A stretch of 64,000 nt of DNA, from contig OZ024749.1 of assembly GCA_964016885.1 (NCBI GenBank), forward strand, positions 43,772,001-43,836,000. The letters are read 5' to 3'. Shown in pieces: positions 12,138-27,390 of this stretch (positions are counted from its first letter, which is position 1; each line of letters opens with the position of its first letter). Under the pieces are notes generated by a model. That model made no database searches. It was not told the DNA's origin and worked only from the letters and a program-made list of their open reading frames with translations. The stretch is from Eledone cirrhosa (taxonomy: Eukaryota). The position numbers were made by a program, and so were the translations under genes.

Positions 12138-12493
12138 TAGGAGAGACGGTAAGAGAGAGAGGTAGGGGACATGGGGAAGGAAGGGTATTTGGTGGAGAAG
12201 TGAAATAACAACTAAACAAACACTAAACTAATCCGAGAGAAACCGAAATGTACCGAACGAAAAAGGGGGGAAAAAGGCCGAGAGTAAAGTAAGAAAGGAA
12301 AAGTGTGATAGAGAAGATAGAGAGAAGTAAAAATATGTGAAGGAGCTGAGACGTAAGGAGGGAGAGAGTGGGGAAAGTGAAGGGAAGAGAGAGCGAGGAG
12401 AGGGGAGAGAGAGAGGATGGAGAAAGTGGAAAAGACTAGACGCCAAGGAACAGAGAAGCATGGAGAAATACTGTGTGTGATAGAAAGAGAGAA

Positions 12494-12536
<43 letters not shown>

Positions 12537-12892
12537 GAAAGAGAGAGGGGTGATAAAGTGAGAGAGAGGGGGAGAGAAAGTGTGTGGGAGAGAGGAGAAG
12601 AGCGAACATCAGGAAGCAGTGACGCATGGAAGAAAAGGGAATAGAGAAAGAAGCCGGTAGCAGAAAGATAGAGATATAAGAAGGGAGAGAGAGAGAGTGT
12701 CAAAGAAAGAGAGAGAAAGAGTGAGTCGAAGAAAGAGAGAGAAATTGAGAGTCAAAGAAAGACAGGCAGAGAAAACGAGAGCGAGAGATAAAGAAGAGAA
12801 GAGAGAGAAAGAAAGAGTCAAAGAGAGAGAGAGGGAGAAAGAGAGAGAGAGTGAGAAAGAGAGAGAGAGAAAGAGAGAGAGAGAGAGTGGGT

Positions 12893-12927
<35 letters not shown>

Positions 12928-13023
12928 GGAGAAGAGGAAGAAAGAAAGAGTCAAAGAGAGAGAGAGAGAATGAGTGAGAAAGAAAGGCAGAGAAAACGAG
13001 AGAGCAAGAGAGAGAGAGAGAGG

Positions 13024-13085
<62 letters not shown>

Positions 13086-13448
13086 AAAGAGACAGTGTGG
13101 CAGTGAGAAAGATAGACAGGGAAGCAAAAGGGCGAAAGACCAAGCAGTAGATTGAGTTAGAGAGGGAGACAAACAGTGATAAAGGAGGGAGGAGGGGGAG
13201 GATGTTTTAAGAATGTGAGCAGTGGTGGGAGGGTGGTGGTAGGGGGAGAATGAGGAGTAAATGGGGAGGGAGAAAGAGAGGGGTGGAGATTCCTGTTTCT
13301 AAACAGAAAGTAATGTGCTATATTTTAACCACACAGGAATTTCATTCATGTAAAATATATGTGTGTATATATACATATATATATGTGTGTGTATATATAT
13401 ACATAATATATATATGTGTGTGTGTATATATATATGTGTGTGTGTGTA

Positions 13449-13480
<32 letters not shown>

Positions 13481-13672
13481 GTTTTAATATAGATGAGATT
13501 CTACAGGACTAGAACTGTTTCATTCATTAGAAATCATCAGGAATCTGGATGATTTCTAATGAATGAAACAGTTCTAGTCCTGTAGAATCTCATCTATATT
13601 AAAACTTTTATACTCTGCTATGTATTGAGTACCTTACTTACTGTGGTTACCTCCGATTCAACCCGGAATAAC
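13481..13672. mobile_element. Family B hammerhead-bearing element, fold-back
   Basis: Minus arm 13546-13496: agattc CTGATGA tTTC taat GAAt GAAA CAG ttctagtc CTG TA^ gaatct. Confidence 0.85.
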
Positions 13673-13758
<86 letters not shown>

Positions 13759-13963
13759 ATGTGTATATATATATGTGTGTGTGTGTATGTATATAGTGAT
13801 TCCCCACCATGGACTCTGAGCTTGGTTCGAACAGGTAAAATATTAATATATAATGTCATATATAATATATATAAATTATGTGTACGTCTGTGTATATATT
13901 GTTTTTGTGTGTGTGTGTAGGTAAATGTATAAAACTTTCACACTAAAGTAATCAACAAAAATG

Positions 13964-14029
<66 letters not shown>

Positions 14030-14438
14030 TGCTGGATTGGCCAGGTTGCCAGGTTGCCCAATGGCAAGTGGGCACCAGGGGCCCCACGCTAGCATTGCAA
14101 GAGCCCACAGTAGCATTGCAGGGCCCACTGCAGTATTTTAGGGGCCAATGCTTTGCTTTCAAAAAATACCTGAAATCTAAGAGAAAGAATAATATATTTT
14201 TTTAAATAAATAAAACAATTAAGCAAACCATTTGGTCAACCAATTCCCCAGGGAATTACTAGAAACCAAAATATACGATATTGCAAATAGCTGGAATCAG
14301 TGGTTGTACATTCTACTAATTCTAAAGCTTAGTGTTTTCATTCATGCATCCAAACAGATATATAGATACAGACACACAAGCATATGTATATTTTTGACTG
14401 CGGTAAGAATTTCTTTCTTATATCAAGGTTTAATGGGC

Positions 14439-14563
14439 TTCCACTGATGATTTATAAGCGCCCACCTAAATATATTCTTACATGAATATATATTAGGCTT
14501 CTACATAAACTGGAAACATTCTCCCAACTTGTAGAAAACTTATAATGAAACAATTGTTTGGAA
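14439..14563 (+). ncRNA. Type I hammerhead with large stem II insert (family F element ~14439-14750; second copy 43258-43550)
   Basis: ttcca CTGATGA tTTATAAG [~80 nt] CTTATAAt GAAA C-aatt-G TT^ tggaa. Confidence 0.75.
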
Positions 14564-14805
14564 AGAGAGATATACTTTAACTTTAATTATATCTCATAAA
14601 ATAATACAACTGGTTTTTCCACATTATACATATTGTTAGCACCCCAATCACTTAAATTGGGTTTATATTTAAATATAACCTAATGTTTGTTGAGTGAGAT
14701 GGTTACCAGTCAGAGTTTAGCTTTAAACTATCTCTGTTATTGTATTAATTATATATATATATATATTTATTTATTTATATACTTACACACGAACTGCTGA
14801 CCAAA

Positions 14806-14990
14806 TAATTGTTTCTACTTTTGGCAAAAGGCCAGCAATCACCCAGTACATTACTGGTACTTTATTTTATCGACCCCGTAAGGATGAAAGGCAAAGTTAA
14901 CCTCGGTGGGATTTGAACTCAGATCGAAAGGGACGTAACTACGTTGGAAAGCATGTCTGACCCTCTACCAATACTGCCAATTCACCACCC
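14806..14990 (-). mobile_element. Meta-domain SINE with 13-bp TSD
   Basis: TSD CTGACCAAATAAT at 14797-14809 and 14993-15005. Confidence 0.9.
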
Positions 14991-15009
14991 TACTGACCAA
15001 ATAATATCT

Positions 15010-15795
15010 GCAATACACTGTATGCTTAATTAAAAGCATTTCGAAGACCTTATGCTATTGTTTTAGAGTAGTGACAGTCTCACTTACTTTAAATTTTCAG
15101 CAAACAGGGGGAGATAAAGCTGACAGAGCTATGTTTCGTACTGATTGGTACTTATCAAAGCCAAGTACTCCACCTGTCTGCTGAAAATCATGAATGTTTG
15201 ATTCTTATAGAATTTCTAGTAATAATCAGGAACTGATTATACAGATCAAACATTCATGATTTTATCATTATGATTTAATCAAACATTCATGATTTTCAGC
15301 AGACAGGTGGGGTACTTGGCTTTGATAAGTACCAATCAGTACGAAACATAGCTCTATCAGCTTTATCTCCCCCTGTTTGCTGAAAATTTAAAGTGAGACT
15401 GTCACTACTCTAAAACAATAGCATAAGGTCTTCGAAATGCTTTTAATTAAGTATACAGTGTATTGCAAAATACACTATATATACATTCATATATATATAG
15501 CTATTTCACAGCGCCAATTCTAATTTTCAATTTCTGCTTGACCGGCAACCGCTCTGTATAATCACTTCCTGATTATTACTAGAAATTCTATAAGAATCAA
15601 ACATTCATGATTTTCAGCAGACAGGTGGGGTACTTGGCTTTGATAAGTACCAATCAGTACGAAACATAGCTCTGTCAGCTTTATCTCCCCCTGTTTGCTG
15701 AAAATTTAAAGTAAGTGAAACTGTCACTACTCTAAAACAATAGCATAAGGTCTTCGAAATGCTTGTAATTAAGCATGCAGTGTATTGCAAAATAC
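15010..15795. mobile_element. Family L: three ~200-230 bp pLTR-like units (one inverted, two tandem) with degenerate hammerhead
   Basis: 15010-15232 (-), 15279-15470 (+), 15566-15795 (+) nearly identical; ggct TTGATAA GTAC-caatca-GTAC GAAA CA-tagctc-TG TC^ agct. Confidence 0.75.
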
Positions 15796-16122
15796 GCTAT
15801 ATATATATATATATACATATATATATTTATATATATTTATATATATATATATTCATATATATGTATATTATATATATAATATATATGTATACATATACAT
15901 ACGTATACGCATATATACACGCACATATTCGTAAACATATACGCACTTATCTACATACGTGTTTGTATGTACAGATTCCGAATGATTAAAAAGTACGCAT
16001 AGGCATGTAAGATTCAATCATAAACACATGGCTATATATATATAGGAGGTGAGTTTTATTGTAGTACAATAAAGCAATGCAGATATCGGATAAGAAGCAC
16101 TCTACAGTTTGTAGGACTGGAG

Positions 16123-16286
16123 TATACATAATATATAAGAACAAAAGATGGTTAAAAGAGTTCCATGTATTTTATTATGCGCATTTCAAAAACAAATATC
16201 ATCATGCAATAATGATGATATTTGTTTTTGAAATGCGCATAATAAAATACATGGAACTCTTTTAACCATCTTTTGTTCTTATATAT

Positions 16287-16294
<8 letters not shown>
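16123..16294. repeat. Perfect ~83-bp-arm inverted repeat carrying a minimal hammerhead remnant
   Basis: Arms pivot at ~16205-16211; TGATGA tatttgttttt GAAA T-gcgc-A TA; right arm runs into (TA)n. Confidence 0.8.
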
Positions 16295-16339
<45 letters not shown>

Positions 16340-16466
16340 TAGAGTTCATACAAGCTGGTTGCTATTATATCCAACTCAATTAACATGTTTACTTTGTTAA
16401 GTTAGCAAAGGGGAATAAACAAATTATACAGATGATATATATGTTACACCAGGTTGGGATTATATT

Positions 16467-16531
<65 letters not shown>

Positions 16532-16769
16532 TTATATATGAGTGTGTGTGCGTATTTGTTGTATATATGTATATGTTTTAAATATGCGTATTTTCTTATG
16601 TATATATGTCTGTGTATCTGTATATATATATGTGTGTGTTTATGTATATATATATATATATATAAATATATATATATGTATATATTGTGTATTTGTATTT
16701 CTATATGTGTGTATATGTCTGTGTATGTGTATGTATATATGTGTGTGTTTATGTGTATATTAATGTGTG

Positions 16770-16831
<62 letters not shown>

Positions 16832-17070
16832 CATTGTCTTTAGATCTATTTCAAGTAGAAATGAAACAGAGAAGAAAATTTCGAATTGCAAAAATGAAGA
16901 AAGTCTGCAGCTGGTGTAGAGTTGTCGGAGAAATTAGAATTTTAGAAAAGAAACTAAGAGAAAATTATACAAATACATGGTGAACATATGTTTATATATG
17001 GTGTATATATATATATATATAGGCATAAATATAATATATGTATAGATATATATGTAAGTATATATGTGTG

Positions 17071-17108
<38 letters not shown>

Positions 17109-17227
17109 ATATATTTTATATTTTATATATATATATAATATATATTATTTTTCATGCAGTTTGAAATTCATTGCAATCCAACCTCAAAAAGCAGTATGAA
17201 AAGCATAAACAAGTCAGCAGTAAATAA

Positions 17228-17445
17228 TAGTTGTTTCTAATTTAGGAGGAAATCTTTCAATGTGAGAAAAGTTGATGTCGATTAAATCGACCCTAGTATT
17301 TTACTGGTACTTTATTTTATTGAACTCTGGAAGATAAAAAGCAAAGTTGTGCTCGGCGATATTTGAACTCTGAAATTCGTAATTAAATTCCACTAAATGT
17401 CACTAAGCATTTTGTTCAACGCTCTAACGATTCTGCCAATCCCCT
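17228..17445 (-). mobile_element. Older Meta-domain SINE
   Basis: ACTGGTACTTTATTTTAT...GATATTTGAACTC...CTAACGATTCTGCCAATCC. Confidence 0.75.
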
Positions 17446-17694
17446 GACAACACTAATAAGCGAAACCATGTGCAGCAGGCGGTGACATAAGAGAGGAAAC
17501 GATGTATACTTCCATTTTCTTTTCAATCAAGAAAGTAGGATGATTATTTGACGAAGAGAGTTAACATCTGCTCTGCTTTCGTATCGGCTGCTTATCAAAC
17601 AGTAATTGTTTTTAACTGTAGATGAGACAATTAATTTCCTTTTAACGGACTTAACCTTAGGAAGAACTGAAGGAGTCTGACATGTGTATATATA

Positions 17695-17731
<37 letters not shown>

Positions 17732-17775
17732 AAGAGAGTTTGAGTTTGTATTTGTACATATTTACACATATATAC

Positions 17776-17834
<59 letters not shown>

Positions 17835-17898
17835 TGCATATATTTGCATATATAGATATATATATATACATATACATGCATACACAAATATATACATT

Positions 17899-18041
<143 letters not shown>

Positions 18042-18368
18042 TATGCTTCTGTAATCTTTGCATGAACTCCGGTTTATGTGTGTATCTTTTGAAGTATCAA
18101 GTAATGCAATGGTGCATGTTGCAGCTCTTATATCCATGTGCAACATCGTGCAACATGAAATGCAGTGTTAACTAGGATATAAGTTTCCTTCCACAACTTA
18201 CTTAACGTCTATAGAAGCCAGTTATGTTGTATGGTAAGCAAATGTGTGTGAATGTGTTAGAATTGTATGTGTTTTTGTTTGTATGTATGTGTATATGTGT
18301 GTAGGTGTATGTATCTATGTTTATATAAAATACATTATATGCATACATTATATATATATAATATACTA

Positions 18369-18552
18369 GGGCGGTGGATTGGCAGTATCGGTAGAGGGTC
18401 GGACGCCATGCTTTCCAGAATAGTTACGTCCCTTTACGATCTGAGTTCAAATCCCGCCGAGGTTGACTCTGCCTTTCATCCTTACGGGGTCGATAAAATA
18501 AAGTACCAGTAATGAACTGGGTAATTGCTGGCCTTGTGCCTAAAGTAGAAAC

Positions 18553-18592
<40 letters not shown>

Positions 18593-19118
18593 CACGGCCA
18601 GCAATTTCCCCAGTGCATTACTGGTACTTTATTTTATCGACTCCTCTAACAATGAAAGGCAGTTAACCTCGGAGGGATTTGAACTCCTGTCTGTAATAAT
18701 GGTTTCTTATATAGGCACAAGGTCAGCAATTTTGGTGGAGGGGAAAGTCGATTAAATTGAAACCAATGCGTGACTGGTACTTTATTTTATGATATCGAAG
18801 GATGAAAGGCAAAGTTAAGCTGGGCGGGATTTGAAATCAGATCATAAAGGACCGTAACTCTATGCTGCAAAGCATCGTGTCCGATCCTCTACCGAATAAT
18901 AGTGGTCAAGTAGTTCTACCTAACATTACTTACACATTGAGGTGGATTGGTGGAGGCTCGGACGCCATGCTTTGACGCATAGAGTTACGGCCCTTGCCAT
19001 TCTGAGTTCAAATCCTGCCGAGGTTAACTTTGCCTTTCATCCTTACGGGGTCGATAAAATAAAGTAGCAGTAATACACTGGGTAATTGCTGGCCTTGTGC
19101 CGAAAGTAGAAACAATTA
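18369..19118. mobile_element. Cluster of Meta-domain SINEs: 18369-18557 (+), ~18588-18686 (-), ~18700-18895 (-), ~18940-19118 (+)
   Basis: Each has the B box, Meta domain and/or tail. Confidence 0.88.
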
Positions 19119-19494
19119 CTTACAAATTGCCGTCAATACAATCTCAAGTGGGGGGTCACAAAACAAAAACACTGAAGCAAAACTTTAAAAATTTAAATAA
19201 ATCCTTACCTACCTTGTAACTCTCACCTCACTTATCCGAGCCTAGAAGTGAGAAGAAGAAAGAAAGAAGTTGTACCATCGAGCTATTTAATGGAAACAGT
19301 AATTTTATGAAGCCGATTTTATTAGACACTAGCAATAAAGCAATTCTGTTCATTGATCTATCGATAACATTGATTCGTAGATTCCTATATACACTTTTAT
19401 CGTCGTTATATCTACACACATCGTTGTGTATACATTTTGTTGGTTCGGCTCACATTTTTATGTGTGTGTAAATATATTTATATACATATATATT

Positions 19495-19577
<83 letters not shown>

Positions 19578-19634
19578 ATTTATTGTTGCTTCTATGTTTT
19601 TGTCATTTTTCATTTTTTGTATTTAAATTATTTT

Positions 19635-19691
<57 letters not shown>

Positions 19692-19725
19692 ATATATATA
19701 TGTTTATATATATGCATACGTATTT

Positions 19726-19757
<32 letters not shown>

Positions 19758-20213
19758 TTATATAGAGAGAGATAGAGAGAGAGAGAAAGAGTGAGAAATT
19801 TATTGTTTCCTCCAATGTAATTTTTCATTTTCTATGTATATATATTTTTATATTTGTATTTTTGTGTGTGTGAGTATGTGTGTGTGTGCGTGTGTATTTG
19901 TGTGTGTGTATGTGTGTGTGTGTGTGAGTCTGTGTGTGTCTGGTTGTGTCTGTGTGTGTGTGTTACCGTGTGTGAGTGTGTGTGTATGGTTGCGTGGGTG
20001 TGAGTCTGTGTGTGTCTGTGTGTGTATGGTCGTGTGTGTGTGTGTGTCTGTGTGTGAGTGTGTGTGTGTGAGTCTGTCTGTGTCTGAGTGTGTATGCTTG
20101 TGTCTGTGTCTGTGTGTCTGTGTGTGAGTGTGTGTGTGTGAGTCTGTGTCTGTCTGTGTGTGTATGGTTGTGTGTGTGTGTCTGTGTGTGAGTGTGTGTG
20201 TGTGAGTCTGTGT

Positions 20214-20290
<77 letters not shown>

Positions 20291-20394
20291 TCTGTGTGTG
20301 TGTGTGTGTGTGAGTCTGTGTGTGTGTGTGTGCGTGTGTGTGAGTCTGTGTCTGTGTGTGAGTGTATTAAATTTTACTGGGAGGACTTTTCAAT

Positions 20395-20480
20395 TGTACT
20401 CCAGTACACTGTACTCCAGTACACTGTACTCCAGTACACTGTACTCCAGTACACTGTACTCCAGTACACTGTACTCCAGT
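20395..20480. repeat. 15-bp tandem repeat TGTACTCCAGTACAC (~5.7 copies)
   Basis: Read directly from the sequence. Confidence 0.95.
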
Positions 20481-20659
20481 AATGCTCTCTGAGAAAAATC
20501 AAAATACTACCATCATGTATGTATGATGTATATGTATGTATGTGTGTATGTGCGTATGTACGTATTTGTGTGTGTGCATATGTATACAAACTATTTATTG
20601 CTCAAGGTTCATTTTGTATATATATGTATATATATATAGAGAGAGAGAGCGGGAGATAA

Positions 20660-20753
<94 letters not shown>

Positions 20754-23210
20754 TATATGTCATGGCAAGACTGTGTCACAGGTTTTGTTTGAAACAATAA
20801 AAATTCCGAAATTTATTAACGTTTTAAGACTTCATCTTCTGAATGAAACAATGGTTTCTGATATAGGCACAAGGCCAACAATTTTGGGAGAGAGAAAATT
20901 CCATTAAATCGATCCCAGTGCGTTACTGGTACTTTATTTTATAGACTGAATGAAACACTGATTTCCTTCAAGATGATCTATCTAAAGTAATGTCTTCGTT
21001 AGCTTCTCTGATATTTACCTTTATCAAAGATCTTTTGGTGTAGTCTTTATACCTGAGTTTTGGTATATGTCATGGCTGTTTGACTTAGACTAACTCCCCG
21101 TACAGTAACGGCTTAGGAATAGCATGAACTGTCGATCTTACAATATGGCCGCTCTAACGGAATCTAAATTGAATTATAAGAGATTTAATACTTTCAAAAT
21201 GACTCTGTGTCAGTACTTCAACAACACTCGTATGTGATTACCTATGCACACATACGTACGTACGTGCATACATACATACATACATACATACATACATACA
21301 TACATACATACATACAGACAGACAGACAGACAGGCAGGCAGGCAGGCAGACAGAGGGACAAACAGACATACGCACACACACATACATACATACATACAAT
21401 CGTACGTACGTACATACATACAGACAGATGCATGCACGTACGTACGTACATAATACATACATACATACAAACTTGCAAACATGCATAATATAACATACAT
21501 GCATATATACATACATGCATACATACATACAAACATACATACCTACATAACATAACATACATACATATATATATACATACATACATACATGCATACATGC
21601 ATACATACATACATGCATACATACATACATGCATACATACATACATACATACATACATACATACATACATACATACATACATACATACAAACATACATAC
21701 CTACATAACATAACATACATGCATACATACATACATACATACATACATACAAACATACATACCTACATAACATAACATACATGCATACATACATACATAC
21801 ATACATACATACATACATACATACATACATACATACATACATGCACACATATCGTATTTACTTAAGTGATTCCTGTATCAAAATAAACTGCAATATGCAG
21901 AAAAATACACGAAAAGTTTAATAACCTGAAAATATAATCAAATTTTATTTTTAAAATAAAGAAAACATTTATGACTGGTTAAGGGATTGAAAAATGGTTT
22001 TATATAATAGTAAGTATATTTGTGTATTGGATGGAGAGGTGTTTTGTGGGGGTGGGTTAGTTTTGGGGGAGGGGTTGTGTTTCTTTAATTTTCTTTTTTT
22101 TTCTCTCCTTTATATATATATAATTTTCTTCTTGTTATTTGTTTCATGCTTTTTAAACGTCCCTGGTATATTGAATTCGATCCATTAAAATCGATTGAGA
22201 TCAACTTGACCTGCGAGGTGTGGGGTGGGGGTCAGGTGAATGTTGGCAGTAGCTGGCAACATGATTGTTTACGCGCATGCCTGAAAAATTGTCCAGTGAC
22301 AGATTTCATTGCTCCCAACCTATCAAACCCACCGAATCTATCTACATTTGGTTTTAGAAGAAGAAAATATATTCCAATATGTGAGAAAATATTTTCCTTT
22401 CATACATACATACATGATGGCTGCAAACTCTGCTAAGATTACTGCAATCACTTGTCATATTATAGAATTTGGTACACTTCTAGGCTTCGGCCAGTCACAC
22501 AAACCTGAAACATATCCTGAACAAGCAATGTCTGTGCTTTGAAGGTTTTTTTAAGTGGGGAAAGGCCTTGTACTCGACCAATTCCACTCTCTGAGCATCG
22601 AAAACACTACACGAAAAGGAGAACTGGTCAACATCATCGGATGCTGCCGAAGCCGCAGGTTTTTTTTTTTTACATACATATATACATACATACATGCAGT
22701 AAAAGAATTGTAGAATGCAGTGCCCCAGCATGGCCGCAGTCTAATGACTGAAAATGACTGAAACCAGTAAAAGGTTCGAACTCACAACCTTACGATCGTG
22801 AGCCGAACAACCTAACCACAAAGCCACTACCATATATTATAGTGTACTTTCATTTATGGGCTTCCATATATATATATATTTTAATACATTCGTATATAAC
22901 AAGTGTGCATGCAGATTCGACATGTCTAGCTAGATTCTTAAACTTAGACGTCTGTGTTATATAATATAGACATGCACGCACACTCATACACACGAACATA
23001 TAAACACATGCACATATACACACACGCATGTACTTACAAACACGCACAGACACACAAATACATACACATATACAAATACATACACATATACAAATACATA
23101 CACATATACAAGTACAAACATTTTTCTAAGTCGAGATCTTTACATTAATTTTAACCCAGAGGAAATTATGTGTACGTGTATATATGTATGTGTATATATA
23201 TATGTATGTG

Positions 23211-23283
<73 letters not shown>

Positions 23284-23523
23284 ATACTTCGGGAGGCTCA
23301 TATATATATATATATATGTACATATATATGTGTGTGTCTGTGTGTGTGTGTGTAAATGCGTGTGTGTGTATGCGTGTATACATATGTCTGTGTTTGTGTA
23401 TGTATATGTATATATATATATATGCATTCATATATGCAAATGTATTACGTAACTTTATATAGTTGTTGATGCAGTTGAAATATGTGTGTTGTTGTTGTTG
23501 TTGGATTTCTGTTATTGTTGTTG

Positions 23524-23620
<97 letters not shown>

Positions 23621-23885
23621 TGTCTGTTACTTATCTGCCTCAATGAACACAGACAGTCAAATATATAGTTTTATGTATGCATGCAAAAAATGATTAGATA
23701 TATACATGTGTGTATATACATATATATCCATATATGTATTTCTGTGTGTGTGTATATATATATATATCAGTGTGTGTATATGCATGTGTTTGTGTATATA
23801 CATAATATTTTCCTCTACACTCTACGTCATACAGGTGTTTGACGTAGTGAATGTGTGTGTATACATCTGTGTATTTATCACTTTA

Positions 23886-23985
<100 letters not shown>

Positions 23986-24035
23986 CAATTGTAGAAGTTT
24001 CTTAGTATGTTTTATGTAACTCGAAGTTTTCAAAA

Positions 24036-24148
<113 letters not shown>

Positions 24149-24149
24149 C

Positions 24150-24281
<132 letters not shown>

Positions 24282-24712
24282 GTATTTTCTCGTCTGCTTT
24301 CTTTGTTTTTGTTGTTTCTTTTTTTTATATATTTCAATTATTAATTTTTCTCTTATATTTTTATTACTTCATTGAAATTCATTTTACTTTGTCACTTCTT
24401 TGTGTTTTTCTTTTGTTAATCTTTATTTTTTCTCTCTTCTTCCCTCTATAATGTTTTTTGGCGGGAGGGGGCTTTGTTTATTTGTTTGTTTATTTATATG
24501 TTTGTGTTTTGTTATTCCCCCACCCCCACCCACTCCACTTTTACTACCTTCTTATTCGCTGTTACAAGAATATGTAAAACTTGTGCCTGACGAGGTAAGA
24601 TCAGATAACTTCCCGGATGTCTATCAATCGATGTCAAAGAATTCACCGTTGGAATCCAATTTGCCGAATCTTGCACTCAGAGATATAGTAAAGAGAGAGA
24701 GGGGGGGGGGAG

Positions 24713-24746
<34 letters not shown>

Positions 24747-24782
24747 TCAGAGATGTTGAAGAGAAAGAGATGCTGGGAAAGG

Positions 24783-24823
<41 letters not shown>

Positions 24824-24855
24824 TCTCCCTCCCTCTCTCTTTACAACATCTCTGA

Positions 24856-25003
<148 letters not shown>

Positions 25004-25013
25004 ATATATATAT

Positions 25014-25058
<45 letters not shown>

Positions 25059-25348
25059 CACACACATACACACATAGAGAGTGAAGGAGATTTTATATAG
25101 AGAAGCGAGAGAGAGAAGAGAGAGATTTATTTACAGAGATAGAGAGGGCGTAAGGAGGGTGAAAGAGAGAGTAAAGCGAGCGTGTAAGGCGAGAGAGATA
25201 GAAAGATAGAAATAGTAAAGAGAGGAAGGAAGGAAAGAGAAATAAAACAAAAACAAAGATCAAACAAAATGTCTGACTAAAGTAATATAGTAATATCCTC
25301 TCTTCTGTAAACCTTGTCAATAAAGTCGTTGATCTTGCCATTGTTGTT

Positions 25349-25399
<51 letters not shown>

Positions 25400-25437
25400 A
25401 CAGTAGTAGTAGTAGTAACAGTAGTAGTAGTAGCAGC

Positions 25438-25521
<84 letters not shown>

Positions 25522-25641
25522 TACCATTTGTTGTAATGTTAATGGTTCTAGTTATAGTTTGTGTTTTTTCTTTCAAACTCCATGCATTGGCCTATCTTCC
25601 TTCACAGCAAACGCCTTCCCCATATCTTAGTATTTGCCTAA

Positions 25642-25692
<51 letters not shown>

Positions 25693-25772
25693 CTCTCTCT
25701 CTCTTTCTTATATATATATATATTATATATATATGATGTATATATATATATATTAATATATATATATATTTA

Positions 25773-25850
<78 letters not shown>

Positions 25851-25914
25851 CATATGTATATATATGTATATATATGTATATACACATCATATATATATAC
25901 ATATATATATGTAT

Positions 25915-25955
<41 letters not shown>

Positions 25956-26012
25956 CATATATCATTATATATATATATACATATCATATATATTCATATC
26001 ATATATATATTT

Positions 26013-26076
<64 letters not shown>

Positions 26077-26178
26077 TATAGATATATATACATACCATAT
26101 ACACATAAACACGCACATATAAGTATACACATATTTAAGGATAAAAACATACATATTTACATAACTACACTTATATAC

Positions 26179-26260
<82 letters not shown>

Positions 26261-26361
26261 AAATTTCTGTTTGTTTGTAATATATAGCTTCAAACTATCT
26301 GTCTGTGTTAACAGCAGCTGTCTGGTATAACGGAAAAATTAGTCGCTATAGTTATCATTAT

Positions 26362-27179
26362 TTTGTTGAAAGATGGATGAGAGAGGCAAGAATGGCCCGG
26401 GGGGGGGGGGGCACTGCCGGTTCGGGATAAACTCTACAGGCACGGAAGTGCTGTCAGACGGACCTGTCCAAGATGCGCCAAGATGTCCAAGAAACCGTTC
26501 TGCACGCACTTATCCAATGTCCGTGCATTACTGACTTGTGGAGTTATGTTGAACAGCTACTGTCGCGTGTGGAACGAATCCGGCTATCGGCCGAGTCCTT
26601 AGTGAAGATCGACCCGCCGCCTTACTTAGGTGTGGAAGAGCAGGCCATTTTCCTCTGTCTGGTGGCAGTTGCGAAAGAGGTTATATGGTGGACCAGATTA
26701 AAAGGACTGAAGACAGACACTTTTCTCTTCGGCCAATCCCTCATCAACTTCTTCAAGTTTCACCTGGAAAGGAAGGTGAGGGTGGAGAGAGAAGTGCTGC
26801 CCCCAGTACATTTGCTAAAAGGTGGATGAATGTGGCGAGAATGGCTCGTGTGAATGGGCCTACTCTGACCATGCGCCTATAGGCTAGCTAACTTGAGGAG
26901 AGGGGTGCTCTCCCTGGGTGCCCTAGAAGCGCAGGGTGGTTCAGGATTGGTGGGGTATCCGAGTCACCCCAGGGTCGTCCACCCCCTATCGGGGAATTAA
27001 TTTTGTTATATTTATGCATAGTTTATTTTATATTTTTATATCTTCATTGTTAAATTAGTCTTGCCCTTGTGCACTTTTACTCGACCTTATTGTAAACCCC
27101 CACTGTCCCTGTCTTTGTATTGTCCCCTACATGTCGGCCCTTGTGGCTAATAAATGAAATCATTATTATTATTATTATT
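26362..27179 (+). mobile_element. 5'-truncated Tx1 copy (ORF2 C-terminus + 3'UTR + (ATT)n tail), frameshifted
   Basis: 26411-26880 aligns to 32281-32750 (ETVLHALIQCPCI...), with a 1-bp loss in a C-run; same 3' tail; a further short ORF2-end fragment (FVERWMREARMA) precedes a G-run at ~26362-26398. Confidence 0.93.
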
Positions 27180-27390
27180 GACGAAAGTGGATGTACGTTT
27201 TTTGAAGCTCCGTGAGTAAGCGATTTTTTGAGGATTAATTGTAGAGAATTGTTTATTTTTTGTACCGTTGAAGCATTATAAGACTTTCATTTGTATCCTG
27301 TGAAGGAATAACTCATAATATTTGGGCCTTTTGGCCCAAATATTTGAACTTTATTTTGAAAAAAAATAATAATTTTTTTCTCAAAAAAAC

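Noticed and set aside
14026-14150. hAT-like terminus CAGTGCTGGATT with GGGCCC subterminal repeats
   Set aside because: No matching second terminus or 8-bp TSD found.
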